Source: Patescibacteria group bacterium UBA924
GTDB lineage: Bacteria; Patescibacteriota; Microgenomatia; UBA1400; PJMF01
Length of the DNA: 60,544 nt
Direction of reading: 5' to 3'
Assembly: GCA_002293725.1 (NCBI GenBank)
Contig: DBDU01000016.1
Coordinates: 1-60,544, forward strand
Shown here: positions 1 through 7,845 of the stretch, one piece after another
Layout of the letters: each line of letters opens with the position of its first letter
Position numbering within the stretch: the stretch's first letter is position 1
Translations under genes and position numbers: made by a program
The notes under the pieces: model-generated
Told to the model about the DNA's origin: nothing
Seen by the model: only the letters and a program-made list of their open reading frames with translations
Databases searched by the model: none

Positions 1-120
1 GCTCCGCGCAGGTCAGCTCCGTACAGGTTAGCTCCGTACAGGTTAGCTCCGCGCAGGTCAGCTCCGTACAGGTTAGCTCCGCGCAGGTCAGCTCCGTACA
101 GGTTAGCTCCGCGACGGGAT
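1..120. repeat. Tandem 15-nt repeat (two alternating units, 8 copies, last one degenerate), coding for pentapeptide repeats
   Basis: GCTCCGCGCAGGTCA and GCTCCGTACAGGTTA alternate with perfect identity from nt 1 to 105. The 106-120 copy is degenerate. The repeat is in frame with the minus-strand CDS 1-221. Confidence 0.95.
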
Positions 121-221
121 GCCTCTTCAACCGTTTTTCGAAGTGAATTTTCTTCAGCTTCGTATTCGAACAGCAGGGATCCAGTGATCCAATGAGTGAT
201 TTGGATTTTCACTTTTGTCAT
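1..221 (-). CDS. Pentapeptide-repeat protein, N-terminal part (3' end runs off the left edge)
   Basis: Absent from the ORF track because it has no stop in the window. ATG at 221-219 is preceded by AAGGAG. Translation is MTKVKIQITHWITGSLLFEYEAEENSLRKTVEEASRRG followed by ANLYG/ADLRG units down to nt 1. The ATG overlaps the TGA of the upstream ORF (ATGA). Confidence 0.75.
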   Translation of the reverse strand, partial: MTKVKIQITHWITGSLLFEYEAEENSLRKTVEEASRRGANLYGADLRGANLYGADLRGANLYGANLYGADLRG

Positions 222-685
222 AAAAACGCTCCTTGTAGTTGATTAATAAATTGGTCAGGGTTACACCGTTTGAGAAGGTTGAGTTGAGTAGAGAAGAGCT
301 TAAAATCAATGGTGAGCCTATCTTTTCTTTTTCCCGTTGCTCCGTTTTCGATTTGCTGAGTGACTTCTTGAATTTTTGATTCAAGAACCCTTACCTTCTC
401 TTCAAGTGGTATAAGTGGTTTTTGCAAGACTTCTAAATCAGAATTAGTACTACAGAAGTGTGAAGTTTTGACATTTGACTGGTTATCATGAACAAGTTTG
501 AAATGACCTGGCTCTGTATTCACGATGTTGAACCCCTGATCTCTTAGCTCATATATTCGAGCGTTGTATTGTGCAATTCCAACCCCTTGCGGTTGTGGAG
601 CTAGCATCTCCCAAACATAAACGCCACGATCTCCACGTTCCTTAAGAAAACGGAGAAGAGACTGTTGTTGCGTTTTTGCTGACAT
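218..685 (-). CDS. Winged-helix DNA-binding protein, phage-like
   Basis: 155-aa ORF. The N-terminus LLRFLKERGDRGVYVWEM...AQYNARIYELRDQGFNI matches the wHTH pattern (ARI.ELR..G..I) common in phage regulators. The C-terminal part looks coiled-coil. Confidence 0.45.
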   Translation of the reverse strand: MSAKTQQQSLLRFLKERGDRGVYVWEMLAPQPQGVGIAQYNARIYELRDQGFNIVNTEPGHFKLVHDNQSNVKTSHFCSTNSDLEVLQKPLIPLEEKVRVLESKIQEVTQQIENGATGKRKDRLTIDFKLFSTQLNLLKRCNPDQFINQLQGAFL

Positions 686-686
686 G

Positions 687-1469
687 CTAGACAGCCCTCC
701 CCACTGTTTGACGAGCTTTGGAGAGTAACTCTTGGCTCTGTTCTTTAGTCATTGGGTTGACAATCTGTGGGGGTTGAAAAGTCGATTTTTGACTTCGGGT
801 TTTAAAGTCTTTTTTGACTGCGTTAAACAAAAAAGCTTTGTAGTTCTTGTACCTCACACCATGCTGTTTGCAGTAGTTGACAAGATCTTCAGCTTTTGAA
901 GTCAATTGTTTTTCTGTGAGCTCAAAGCGATGTACAAACTCAGTGACATCTGTTTGAGGAATATTTTGCAAGTACGAAATTGAAGCGGTGAGTATCTTCT
1001 TCTCTTCTTTTTCTTCTTCTCCTTCTTCTTCTATACCCGACACTGACACGATCTTGTCTCTATGCTGTTCCGACAATGTCGGAATATCATCGTGATGTTG
1101 TCGGGACTTTCTCCCGACTTGTTTTGATCTGGACTTTTGTTTAATTTTTGAAGCATATTCATCTAATCGTTCTAGAATTAACGGGCAATAGAGTTTTCCA
1201 TCTTTTTTATAAAGAATTTGTTTTTCATTACAAAACACTAGGAAATCTTTTAATTCTTCAATTGTGCACGCACATTCATCAGCCAAAGTACCCAAATCGT
1301 GACGCGCATCTACACAGCCCCATTCATCGATGTTATCGCTTTTGACGTTCTGAGCGATCACTTCTAAAAGAGAGCAGTAGATACCGTACCCAGCAGCACC
1401 AAATTGTTTTTTGATGATCTTTACTGAAATCTCATTTCTATCTGTAGCAAAATGTTTAAACCAGTTCAT
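687..1469 (-). CDS. DUF4373 (Lin1244/Lin1753-like) phage replication-associated protein
   Basis: The N-terminus MNWFKHFATDRNEISVKIIKKQFGAAGYGIYCSLLEVIAQ fits the DUF4373 N-terminal signature (F.H......D.K.......G..GYG.Y..LLE). An acidic linker and a C-terminal DnaD-like region follow. Confidence 0.5.
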   Translation of the reverse strand: MNWFKHFATDRNEISVKIIKKQFGAAGYGIYCSLLEVIAQNVKSDNIDEWGCVDARHDLGTLADECACTIEELKDFLVFCNEKQILYKKDGKLYCPLILERLDEYASKIKQKSRSKQVGRKSRQHHDDIPTLSEQHRDKIVSVSGIEEEGEEEKEEKKILTASISYLQNIPQTDVTEFVHRFELTEKQLTSKAEDLVNYCKQHGVRYKNYKAFLFNAVKKDFKTRSQKSTFQPPQIVNPMTKEQSQELLSKARQTVGRAV

Positions 1470-1521
1470 GTCCCCTCACCGGACGCTCTATACAGAGCCT
1501 CGCAAGACAATTATTTGACTT

Positions 1522-1797
1522 TTAACGTGTTACTCCGCTATCTTTCCAGATCTCATTTTCTTCGTCCCACTCTGACATTCTTCTCCCAGCAGAACAGCCC
1601 CTTGCGTAAGCGACATCCAAGCACATGAGTGTTCGGAGTGTGACCTCTGTAACTAAACGTTGAATCTTGGCAACACGGTAAATTTGTATATTTCGAAGCT
1701 GCTCATTCGAAAAATCCCCAGTCGCATCTTCAAGAATGGCGTTTGCCTCTCTTCCAATATGTTCAATTTGTGCTAAGAGAGAAAGTTCTTGAATCAT
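1522..1797 (-). CDS. Hypothetical protein
   Basis: 91-aa ORF. Its ATG overlaps the TGA of the upstream ATPase gene (ATGA at 1794-1797). Confidence 0.45.
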   Translation of the reverse strand: MIQELSLLAQIEHIGREANAILEDATGDFSNEQLRNIQIYRVAKIQRLVTEVTLRTLMCLDVAYARGCSAGRRMSEWDEENEIWKDSGVTR

Positions 1798-2789
1798 TTC
1801 TTCCTCCGTGTTGTTTTTTGTACTTCAAGCGCTTCACTTACATCATCGACGAACTCATCGCTGGTAGACTGATCAAACTCTTCTTCTTTAGGAGCCTCAG
1901 GTTGTTCAACATCGGGGTATTTACTGAGGTTGTTTACTACCTGTTCAAACTGCTTGAACGTAAGTCCATGCAGTGATTTCAATGAAAAGAACTCTAGGAT
2001 ACGCTGCACTGTCTTTCCTTTGCGCTCAATTAATGCTTCTAATGTTGAAATCTGATCAGGAGAAACCATGAGAGTCTCTACACCAGAATCAGCCCACTGT
2101 TGAAACATCTTTCCTATTTCTTGGGTAATAACGAACGGATCAAGATCAATAAAAATTCCAGTTCGATCTTTACTCGCAACAGCTAAATGCCCCTCACGAT
2201 CTATCGTAAAGTTTGCTGTTAACTCATACTCAAAACCATCGCGTTGTATCTCTTTCGTTCCTACTTTTTTCACCTTATTATCAACTTGAATGGTGTCTGT
2301 TTTTGAACGAAGTGTAGTGATGATGTGACAGCTTGAAGTTACAATCTTTTCAATAAACTTTTGGTGTCGTGGAGTCATTTTCGACCATGCGGCCCAAGTA
2401 TTTCCTTTAAACTTTGCATCAGCGAGAGATTGATTGAGCTCCAAAACACCACCTTTGCCATCCCACTCATGCGTGACAGAGTCAATGATGATCAGATCCA
2501 TACCAGCAACTTCAGCAGCGTGAATTGCCTCAATGTACCGTTCAGGACTATATGGTGCAGAGAGCTGAATAACGTTATAGGCACCTAAATGGTCATATAG
2601 ATCTGCACTTCCATTTTCAGTATCAATGATGCAAATCTTTTCAGCAGGACACATCCCTAACGCTAAAAGTAGCGCTGAGTATGTTTTTCCTGACCCAGAC
2701 GGACCAGAAAGTCCGATTCGAAGTCTCGCTTTTTGTTTTTGAGCTCTGCGAATTTGCAGCGTACTTCCTTGTTGTGCTATAGTGTCCAT
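1794..2789 (-). CDS. AAA_24-type (Sak4-like, RecA-fold) ATPase, phage-associated
   Basis: Walker A GLSGPSGSGKT. The downstream stretches IIDTENGS and LIIIDSVTHEW are Walker-B-like and typical of phage AAA_24 proteins. RBS AAAGGA precedes the ATG. Confidence 0.6.
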   Translation of the reverse strand: MDTIAQQGSTLQIRRAQKQKARLRIGLSGPSGSGKTYSALLLALGMCPAEKICIIDTENGSADLYDHLGAYNVIQLSAPYSPERYIEAIHAAEVAGMDLIIIDSVTHEWDGKGGVLELNQSLADAKFKGNTWAAWSKMTPRHQKFIEKIVTSSCHIITTLRSKTDTIQVDNKVKKVGTKEIQRDGFEYELTANFTIDREGHLAVASKDRTGIFIDLDPFVITQEIGKMFQQWADSGVETLMVSPDQISTLEALIERKGKTVQRILEFFSLKSLHGLTFKQFEQVVNNLSKYPDVEQPEAPKEEEFDQSTSDEFVDDVSEALEVQKTTRRKK

Positions 2790-2823
2790 ACAAGTCCTTT
2801 CTTACGACCCTGTTACAGCAGGG

Positions 2824-3135
2824 TCATTTAATTACTCCCTCACTAAATGCTTCTTGATCGGTCTCACACCAATAGGCTTCTTTAAATGGTTCATGCTCTC
2901 CAAACACATAGGTTTTAATTAGCTGGCTACCACACAATGGACAGAGCGCATTCACCTTTTCTGTTAACCGCTGTTCAATGCGGGATTTCAATCGATATTT
3001 CTTTCGAAGTTTATTGAGATATGATCTTGTCACTCGATACTTTTCTTCGGTTAATGTAGATCCGCGCAGTAGATAGTGATGCAAGATCTTTTTTTCTTCA
3101 TTTCCCGAGTACAACGGTCTTCTTCCACTAGACAT
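2824..3135 (-). CDS. Hypothetical small protein with Zn-ribbon-like CxxC
   Basis: 103-aa ORF with CPLCGS ... YWCE. The N-terminus is basic. Confidence 0.4.
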   Translation of the reverse strand: MSSGRRPLYSGNEEKKILHHYLLRGSTLTEEKYRVTRSYLNKLRKKYRLKSRIEQRLTEKVNALCPLCGSQLIKTYVFGEHEPFKEAYWCETDQEAFSEGVIK

Positions 3136-3137
3136 AT

Positions 3138-3773
3138 TTACTTTCTATACCAACTTGGCGTCTGGCAGCTGGCAAATGTATTCCCTTTGCTATCTCTAAG
3201 AATTGGACCCCATTCACGCGCCCAACCTTTTTGAATCGCATACGCAGTTGTTCTTGCTGATTCTTTAAAGTCATATCGAGATCCAATGTCTTGCGCGTGA
3301 CCATCTTTCATCATCTCTTTTCTCATACGAACCCATGTATCTTCATGAAACTGGAATGGTCCACCAGCAAGCCCACCATCCCCATGCGCGTCAGGGTTTG
3401 AACCATGACCATTTTCTCGGTGCGCTAAACAGTGCATGATCATGCGAGCTTCTGAGGAATGCGTAGGCAGAAACTCGTTTACAGCTTCACCAATCCACGT
3501 ATCAACGTTTTCGTTTTTATCAATGACGACTGTTTTTTCTTGAGTAACAACTTCAGTTTTTGCTTCCACAACAACACGCTCCGGACGAAGTTGCATTATG
3601 AGCAGGCTAAGAATGACAAAAGAGGAAAGAGCTATAACAGTCTGATATCTCCCGATGACTCGGTCAGATGAATGCTCATAACGGGAATGACCGATATAGT
3701 GTCGAAGTACGAGACCTTTGTTGTGAGGCCGTCGTGACTTGGCAAGTGTGTTATAGTTGCGCCCAATTAACAT
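3138..3773 (-). CDS. Membrane-anchored lysozyme-like / lytic transglycosylase-like protein
   Basis: One TM helix (VIALSSFVILSLLIM). The C-terminal region HRENGHGSNPDAHGDGGLAGGPFQFHEDTW resembles the SLT/lysozyme-like fold motif. ATG at 3773 with AAGGG RBS is preferred over the TTG at 3812. Confidence 0.45.
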   Translation of the reverse strand: MLIGRNYNTLAKSRRPHNKGLVLRHYIGHSRYEHSSDRVIGRYQTVIALSSFVILSLLIMQLRPERVVVEAKTEVVTQEKTVVIDKNENVDTWIGEAVNEFLPTHSSEARMIMHCLAHRENGHGSNPDAHGDGGLAGGPFQFHEDTWVRMRKEMMKDGHAQDIGSRYDFKESARTTAYAIQKGWAREWGPILRDSKGNTFASCQTPSWYRK

Positions 3774-3845
3774 AAAACCCTTACTTTTCAGTAAGGGTGA
3801 TGAGGGTCTCAACTTCTTTTTTTTTGTAGTTTTTTCTAAGGTGTG

Positions 3846-3917
3846 CTCCCCGGCTAGGATTCGAACCTAGAACCTTGTCGTTAACAGCGACCTGCTCTAC
3901 CGTTGAGCTACCAGGGA
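3846..3917 (-). tRNA. tRNA-Asn (GTT)
   Basis: Cloverleaf folded by hand. Acceptor TCCCTGG/CCGGGGA, anticodon loop CTGTTAA, T-arm CTAGG-TTCGAAT-CCTAG. CCA is not encoded. Confidence 0.9.
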
Positions 3918-4067
3918 ATGGTCAGGCTTGTATTGTATCAAGTTCCGTCTATTTTTGAACAGTCTCTCTCAGGACGGTCTCATCTTTAAGCCTGGAGTGC
4001 AATTCCCCACTACTTCGGCTCATTTGCTATACTGCTTCTACAGTACCTTTTTAGATGGAAGGTTTAT

Positions 4068-4436
4068 ATGCTTCTTGGCAACTTCTCGGTCAGTTTGGCT
4101 GTCAAAGATCTCAAGGTTTCCAAGGAGTTTTACCAAAAACTTGGTTTTACTGTCATTCACGGTGTGGAAGAACAAGGCTGGCTGATTCTGCAGAACGGCG
4201 AGACCAATATTGGTCTGTTCCAAGGAATGTTTAAGGACAACTTGTTAACCTTTAATCCTGGCTGGGACTCCAACGGCAAAGAAGTCGACTCTTTTATGGA
4301 CATTCGTGAAATCGAACAGCAGCTGAAAGCAGCCGGCATTACTTTAGACGAAGAAACGAAAGAAAAAACTGGCCCGGCTCACATCTCGCTGCGAGATCCT
4401 GACGGAAACCAGATTTTAATTGACCAACACCGCTAA
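4068..4436 (+). CDS. VOC (glyoxalase/bleomycin-resistance) family protein
   Basis: FSVSLAVKDLKVSKEFYQKLGF ... ISLRDPDGNQILI, a typical VOC beta-alpha-beta-beta-beta signature. GGAAGG RBS. Confidence 0.7.
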   Translation: MLLGNFSVSLAVKDLKVSKEFYQKLGFTVIHGVEEQGWLILQNGETNIGLFQGMFKDNLLTFNPGWDSNGKEVDSFMDIREIEQQLKAAGITLDEETKEKTGPAHISLRDPDGNQILIDQHR

Positions 4437-4463
4437 ATCATATAAAAGAAAGGTCACAAACCT

Positions 4464-4910
4464 ATGCCAACACTCCATTTCTCCACTGTCATTAACGCTC
4501 CAAAGGAACAAGTTTGGAAGACGATGTTAGAAGATGCTACCTATCGTCAGTGGACAGAAGCATTCATGCCTGGCTCGCACGTGGTGGGCAACTGGAAAGA
4601 AGGGAGCAAGATTCAGTTTTTGGCAGCAGATGAGAGTGGTAAGTTGTCAGGGATGACCAGCCAAATTGCGGTGAATAAGCAGCACGAGTTCATCTCGATT
4701 CATCACTTGGGTATCGTCAACCAGGGTGTTGAGGATACAACGAGTGCTGAGGCGAAGAAGTGGGTTGGATTTGAGAACTATACGTTCACTGAGCAAGATG
4801 GACAGACTACGCTGACGGTAGATCTCGACGTTCCCCAAGAATTTGTTGAAGAAATGGAAAAGGGTTGGTCTGCGGCATTAGCCAAGCTGAAAGAGATAGC
4901 CGAAAAGTAA
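4464..4910 (+). CDS. SRPBCC / AHSA1-like (START fold) protein
   Basis: The N-terminus FSTVINAPKEQVWKTMLEDATYRQW is typical of Activator-of-Hsp90-ATPase-homolog-1-like SRPBCC proteins. Confidence 0.6.
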   Translation: MPTLHFSTVINAPKEQVWKTMLEDATYRQWTEAFMPGSHVVGNWKEGSKIQFLAADESGKLSGMTSQIAVNKQHEFISIHHLGIVNQGVEDTTSAEAKKWVGFENYTFTEQDGQTTLTVDLDVPQEFVEEMEKGWSAALAKLKEIAEK

Positions 4911-4934
4911 AGCCATTACTAGCTAGTTGCGATA

Positions 4935-5312
4935 CTAAATCCAACCGTTCTTACGGTAGAGCTCAAGGCTTTTTTTCAAGGCGACGCGAATGTCACGCAG
5001 CAGCTCATCGTCTAACTCTTTAATGTGAAAGCAGGACTTTCCTTTCAGCATTTTTAACAGTCGGGCGGAAAAGTGACTTCTGGCTTCTTCATTGGTATAG
5101 AGAGGCATGTGGTAAAAACCAACATACGAGCTTTGGATAATTAAGCCGCCGAAGTAGATTTCTGGCCTTAACTTGCCAGCTACCACTGCTTCTTTCTTGG
5201 AAACGAGGATGTATCGGTTGGCTAAATCTTCAGTCGCGGTCAATGGTGGGACAAGCTTGGCCATTTCTTTACGTAAGGTAGTAAAGATTTCGAGTCGTTT
5301 GTCTTCGGCCAT
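4935..5312 (-). CDS. DUF1801 (YdhG-like) domain protein
   Basis: YVGFYHMPLY ... LKGKSCFHIKEL pattern. Strong AAGGAGG RBS. Confidence 0.45.
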   Translation of the reverse strand: MAEDKRLEIFTTLRKEMAKLVPPLTATEDLANRYILVSKKEAVVAGKLRPEIYFGGLIIQSSYVGFYHMPLYTNEEARSHFSARLLKMLKGKSCFHIKELDDELLRDIRVALKKSLELYRKNGWI

Positions 5313-5335
5313 CGTCCTCCTTGGCTCAACAGAGC

Positions 5336-6826
5336 TTAGTCTAAGAAGTCTTGCAACCGTTTCCGTTTACTTGGATGACGAAGTTTACGCAGGGCTTTGG
5401 CTTCAATCTGGCGGATCCGTTCACGGGTAACACCAAACTTTTGCCCCACTTCTTCTAAGGTCATTGGTCGGGAGCCGTTTAAACCAAAGCGCATCTTTAA
5501 AACTTTAGCTTCCCGGTCGCTCAATGCGTTCAACACTTCATCAACGTTCTCCTTGAGCATCCGTTGACTGGTTGCTTCGTAAGGAGAAATCTGGGTTTCG
5601 TCAGCAATGAAGTCACCCAGATAACTGTCATCTTCATCGCCAATTGGAGTTTCTAAGGAAGTTGTTTTTTGAGAAATCTTCAGGATCTCACGAACCCGGT
5701 CGGGCTCCATCTCCATGGCCTTGCCAATTTCTTCTGGGGTTGGCTCACGGCCTAAGTCCTGCATCAACTTGCGCGACGTACGCATTAACTTGTTGATGGT
5801 CTCGACCATGTGAACAGGAATACGGATCGTTCGAGCTTGGTCAGCAATGGCACGAGTGATGGCTTGGCGAATCCACCAAGTTGCATAGGTGGAGAACTTA
5901 AAGCCTTTGGTCCAGTCGTACTTTTCAACTGCCCGAATTAACCCTTTGTTTCCTTCTTGAATTAAGTCTAAGAAAGTCATGCCACGACCAATGTACTTCT
6001 TGGCAATAGACACGACTAAACGAAGATTCGAGGAAGTTAACTTCTCTTTGGCTTTCTTGTCACCAGCTTCGGTACGCTGGGCTAGGTCAATTTCTTGTTC
6101 ACGGGTCAGCAACGGAATTCGACCGATCTCTTTGAGGTACATCCGGACTGGATCAGTACCGGCTTTGGACTCAATACTACTGGTTAAGAGGTCAAGCTCA
6201 CGTTGAACGTCTGAAGGCTGTTCGTCTTTGGTATCTTCAGAAACAGACTCAAAAATGTCGATGTTATTTTTAAGGATTTGATCGTAAAAGTCGTCGAGCT
6301 GGGTAATATAAAGCTCTGGCTCGATGACGCTTTCCAAGACTTCTTCTTGGGTAACGTAGCCACGGCTGATTGCTTTTTGGAGCAAACTATCGAAGTCATC
6401 CTGCATCGACGTTGGCATGACAGCTGGGGTGGCTGGAGCTGCTGGCAAGGTGACGTTGACTTCCTCGTTCACCACTGAGGTTGGTTGAGTGACATCGGTC
6501 TTAGCTTTTTTGTCGGCGGCTTTCTCCGCTTTTGCGGTCGCTTTAGATGGCTTGGTCGCTGGTTTTGTGTTTTCGGCTGGTGCTTGTTTTGCAGCTTTGG
6601 AAACAACTTTTGGTGCTGCTTTCTTTGCTACTGTTTTTGCAGCTGATTTTTTGACTGTTTGAGTTGCGACAACTTTTTTGGTCGCTGGTTTAGATTTTGA
6701 AGCTGTTTTAGTGGCAGGTTTTTTAGCGGTCATTTTTCTTCCTAGTGCTTTCTTTACTACAGGCTTTTTTACCGCTGCTTTGGCGGCTTTTTTGGATGGA
6801 GTTTTTTTGGGGGTTGGTTTTGGCAT
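5336..6826 (-). CDS. rpoD: Primary RNA polymerase sigma-70 factor with Lys/Ala/Pro-rich N-terminal tail
   Basis: Regions 1.2-4 are recognisable: [75 protein letters not shown]. The ATG at 6826 with GAGGA RBS is chosen. The longer ORF to 7012 would overlap the upstream gene and its terminator. Confidence 0.9.
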   Translation of the reverse strand: MPKPTPKKTPSKKAAKAAVKKPVVKKALGRKMTAKKPATKTASKSKPATKKVVATQTVKKSAAKTVAKKAAPKVVSKAAKQAPAENTKPATKPSKATAKAEKAADKKAKTDVTQPTSVVNEEVNVTLPAAPATPAVMPTSMQDDFDSLLQKAISRGYVTQEEVLESVIEPELYITQLDDFYDQILKNNIDIFESVSEDTKDEQPSDVQRELDLLTSSIESKAGTDPVRMYLKEIGRIPLLTREQEIDLAQRTEAGDKKAKEKLTSSNLRLVVSIAKKYIGRGMTFLDLIQEGNKGLIRAVEKYDWTKGFKFSTYATWWIRQAITRAIADQARTIRIPVHMVETINKLMRTSRKLMQDLGREPTPEEIGKAMEMEPDRVREILKISQKTTSLETPIGDEDDSYLGDFIADETQISPYEATSQRMLKENVDEVLNALSDREAKVLKMRFGLNGSRPMTLEEVGQKFGVTRERIRQIEAKALRKLRHPSKRKRLQDFLD

Positions 6827-6886
6827 TGTCCTCACTGATTTGCCGGCTGTCCGTACAACGCAGTTACTAACTTTACAGATTTCAGT

Positions 6887-6892
6887 ATTATA
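6887..6892 (-). promoter_or_regulatory. Candidate -10 box (TATAAT) for rpoD
   Basis: The minus strand reads TATAAT about 14 nt downstream of the dsbA-like terminator and about 60 nt upstream of the rpoD ATG. No good -35 is present. Confidence 0.3.
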
Positions 6893-6905
6893 CACACCAC
6901 TAGAG

Positions 6906-6933
6906 AAAAAAACACCCTTCTCGCGAAGGGTGT
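6906..6933 (-). terminator. Rho-independent terminator after the DsbA-like gene
   Basis: The minus strand reads ACACCCTT-CGCGAG-AAGGGTGT followed by TTTTTT. Confidence 0.75.
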
Positions 6934-6956
6934 CTCTGTTTCTAGTTAGGTAAACC

Positions 6957-7757
6957 TTAACTGTTGAGTGCGTTCTCGATTTCAGTCTCGAAGACACTGA
7001 TATCTTGTGCACCTACAACCATCTTGCCATTGATGAAGAAAGTTGGCGTACCACTGGCACCCACTTTTGTTCCCAATGCCATATCAGCTTCAACTTCTTT
7101 GCTGAACTTGCCATCTTTGACACATTGGGTCAAGGTTGCACCGTTCAAACCGTTGGCAGTAGCGTACTCACCAAACTTGGCAGCTGCTTGATCAGCACTT
7201 AAGTTTGACCACTCATCTTGTTTGTCAAACAAGGTGTCGTGCATGGCTTCTAACTTACCTTTGTTCTGCTCAACTGCACAGCGAACAGCAATTGCTGCTG
7301 GCTTAGCATTTGGATGGAATGGTAAGGCCTGATCACGAAGCACCAACTTCACTTTACCAGTGTCGATGTACTTCTCTTTGATGGTCTTATATGCCGTGGT
7401 GTAGTGTCGAGAACAGAATGGACATTGGTAGTCTGTGAACTCAACCATTGTTACTTTGGCATTGTTCTGTCCAATTACACCGACACCACCTTCTTGAACA
7501 GCTTTCCAGTCAGCCTCAGAAAGCTCGGTTGCTGGTGCAGGAGCTGCTGCTCCTGGATCACCGGCTCCAGCGGCGATCTGGGTTCCAGTTCCGCCACCGA
7601 TGCCTGCTTTTAACATTGCGTTTTCACGCCACATTGCGCCGCCTAAGAAGCCAACCACGAGTAACGATACACCCAAGAACAAAAGTCCTGCGTTATTTGT
7701 TACAAAATCGAGCATGGCGTTCATTGAGTACGGTGAGTTACTTTTCTCACTTGCCAT
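6957..7757 (-). CDS. DsbA-family thiol:disulfide oxidoreductase, membrane anchored
   Basis: N-terminal TM helix, a Gly/Ala/Pro linker, and a thioredoxin fold with CPFC active site ([10 protein letters not shown]). Confidence 0.8.
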   Translation of the reverse strand: MASEKSNSPYSMNAMLDFVTNNAGLLFLGVSLLVVGFLGGAMWRENAMLKAGIGGGTGTQIAAGAGDPGAAAPAPATELSEADWKAVQEGGVGVIGQNNAKVTMVEFTDYQCPFCSRHYTTAYKTIKEKYIDTGKVKLVLRDQALPFHPNAKPAAIAVRCAVEQNKGKLEAMHDTLFDKQDEWSNLSADQAAAKFGEYATANGLNGATLTQCVKDGKFSKEVEADMALGTKVGASGTPTFFINGKMVVGAQDISVFETEIENALNS

Positions 7758-7845
7758 AGAATCCTTTCATTCCTCTGTTTGGTTTTACAGCCAACCTTTT
7801 CTTTTGATGTACTATGTATACGATACAAGAATCAAGTCCGCAAGA

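Larger units (their letters stand above)
1..3812 (-). mobile_element. Phage-like / integrative-element remnant (replication plus lysis genes) next to the tRNA-Asn 3' end; left boundary outside the window
   Basis: Seven co-directional, tightly packed or overlapping small genes. They include a DUF4373-like replication protein, an AAA_24-type ATPase and a lysozyme-like protein. The block ends 34 nt from the 3' end of tRNA-Asn. No integrase or att repeat is visible in the window. Confidence 0.4.

Noticed and set aside
1-120. The 15-nt tandem repeats as a possible CRISPR array or non-coding satellite.
   Set aside because: There are no spacers, the units are contiguous, and they are in frame with a CDS that has a proper ATG and RBS. 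They translate to the canonical A(N/D)LxG pentapeptide repeat.
218-221. Possible alternative genetic code with UGA recoding, as in some candidate phyla.
   Set aside because: TGA ends several well-defined genes in ATGA stop/start overlaps (218-221, 1794-1797, 41607-41610, 44757-44760). No conserved protein needs read-through of TGA.
6827-7012. An N-terminal extension of the rpoD ORF. Analogous long starts occur for ahcY (51920), the ArsC-like gene (24920), upp (40259), malic enzyme (10415), DedA (14808) and the GDE-like gene (58171).
   Set aside because: The extensions overlap upstream genes, terminators or tRNAs. Internal ATGs have good Shine-Dalgarno sequences and give N-termini matching the family consensus.
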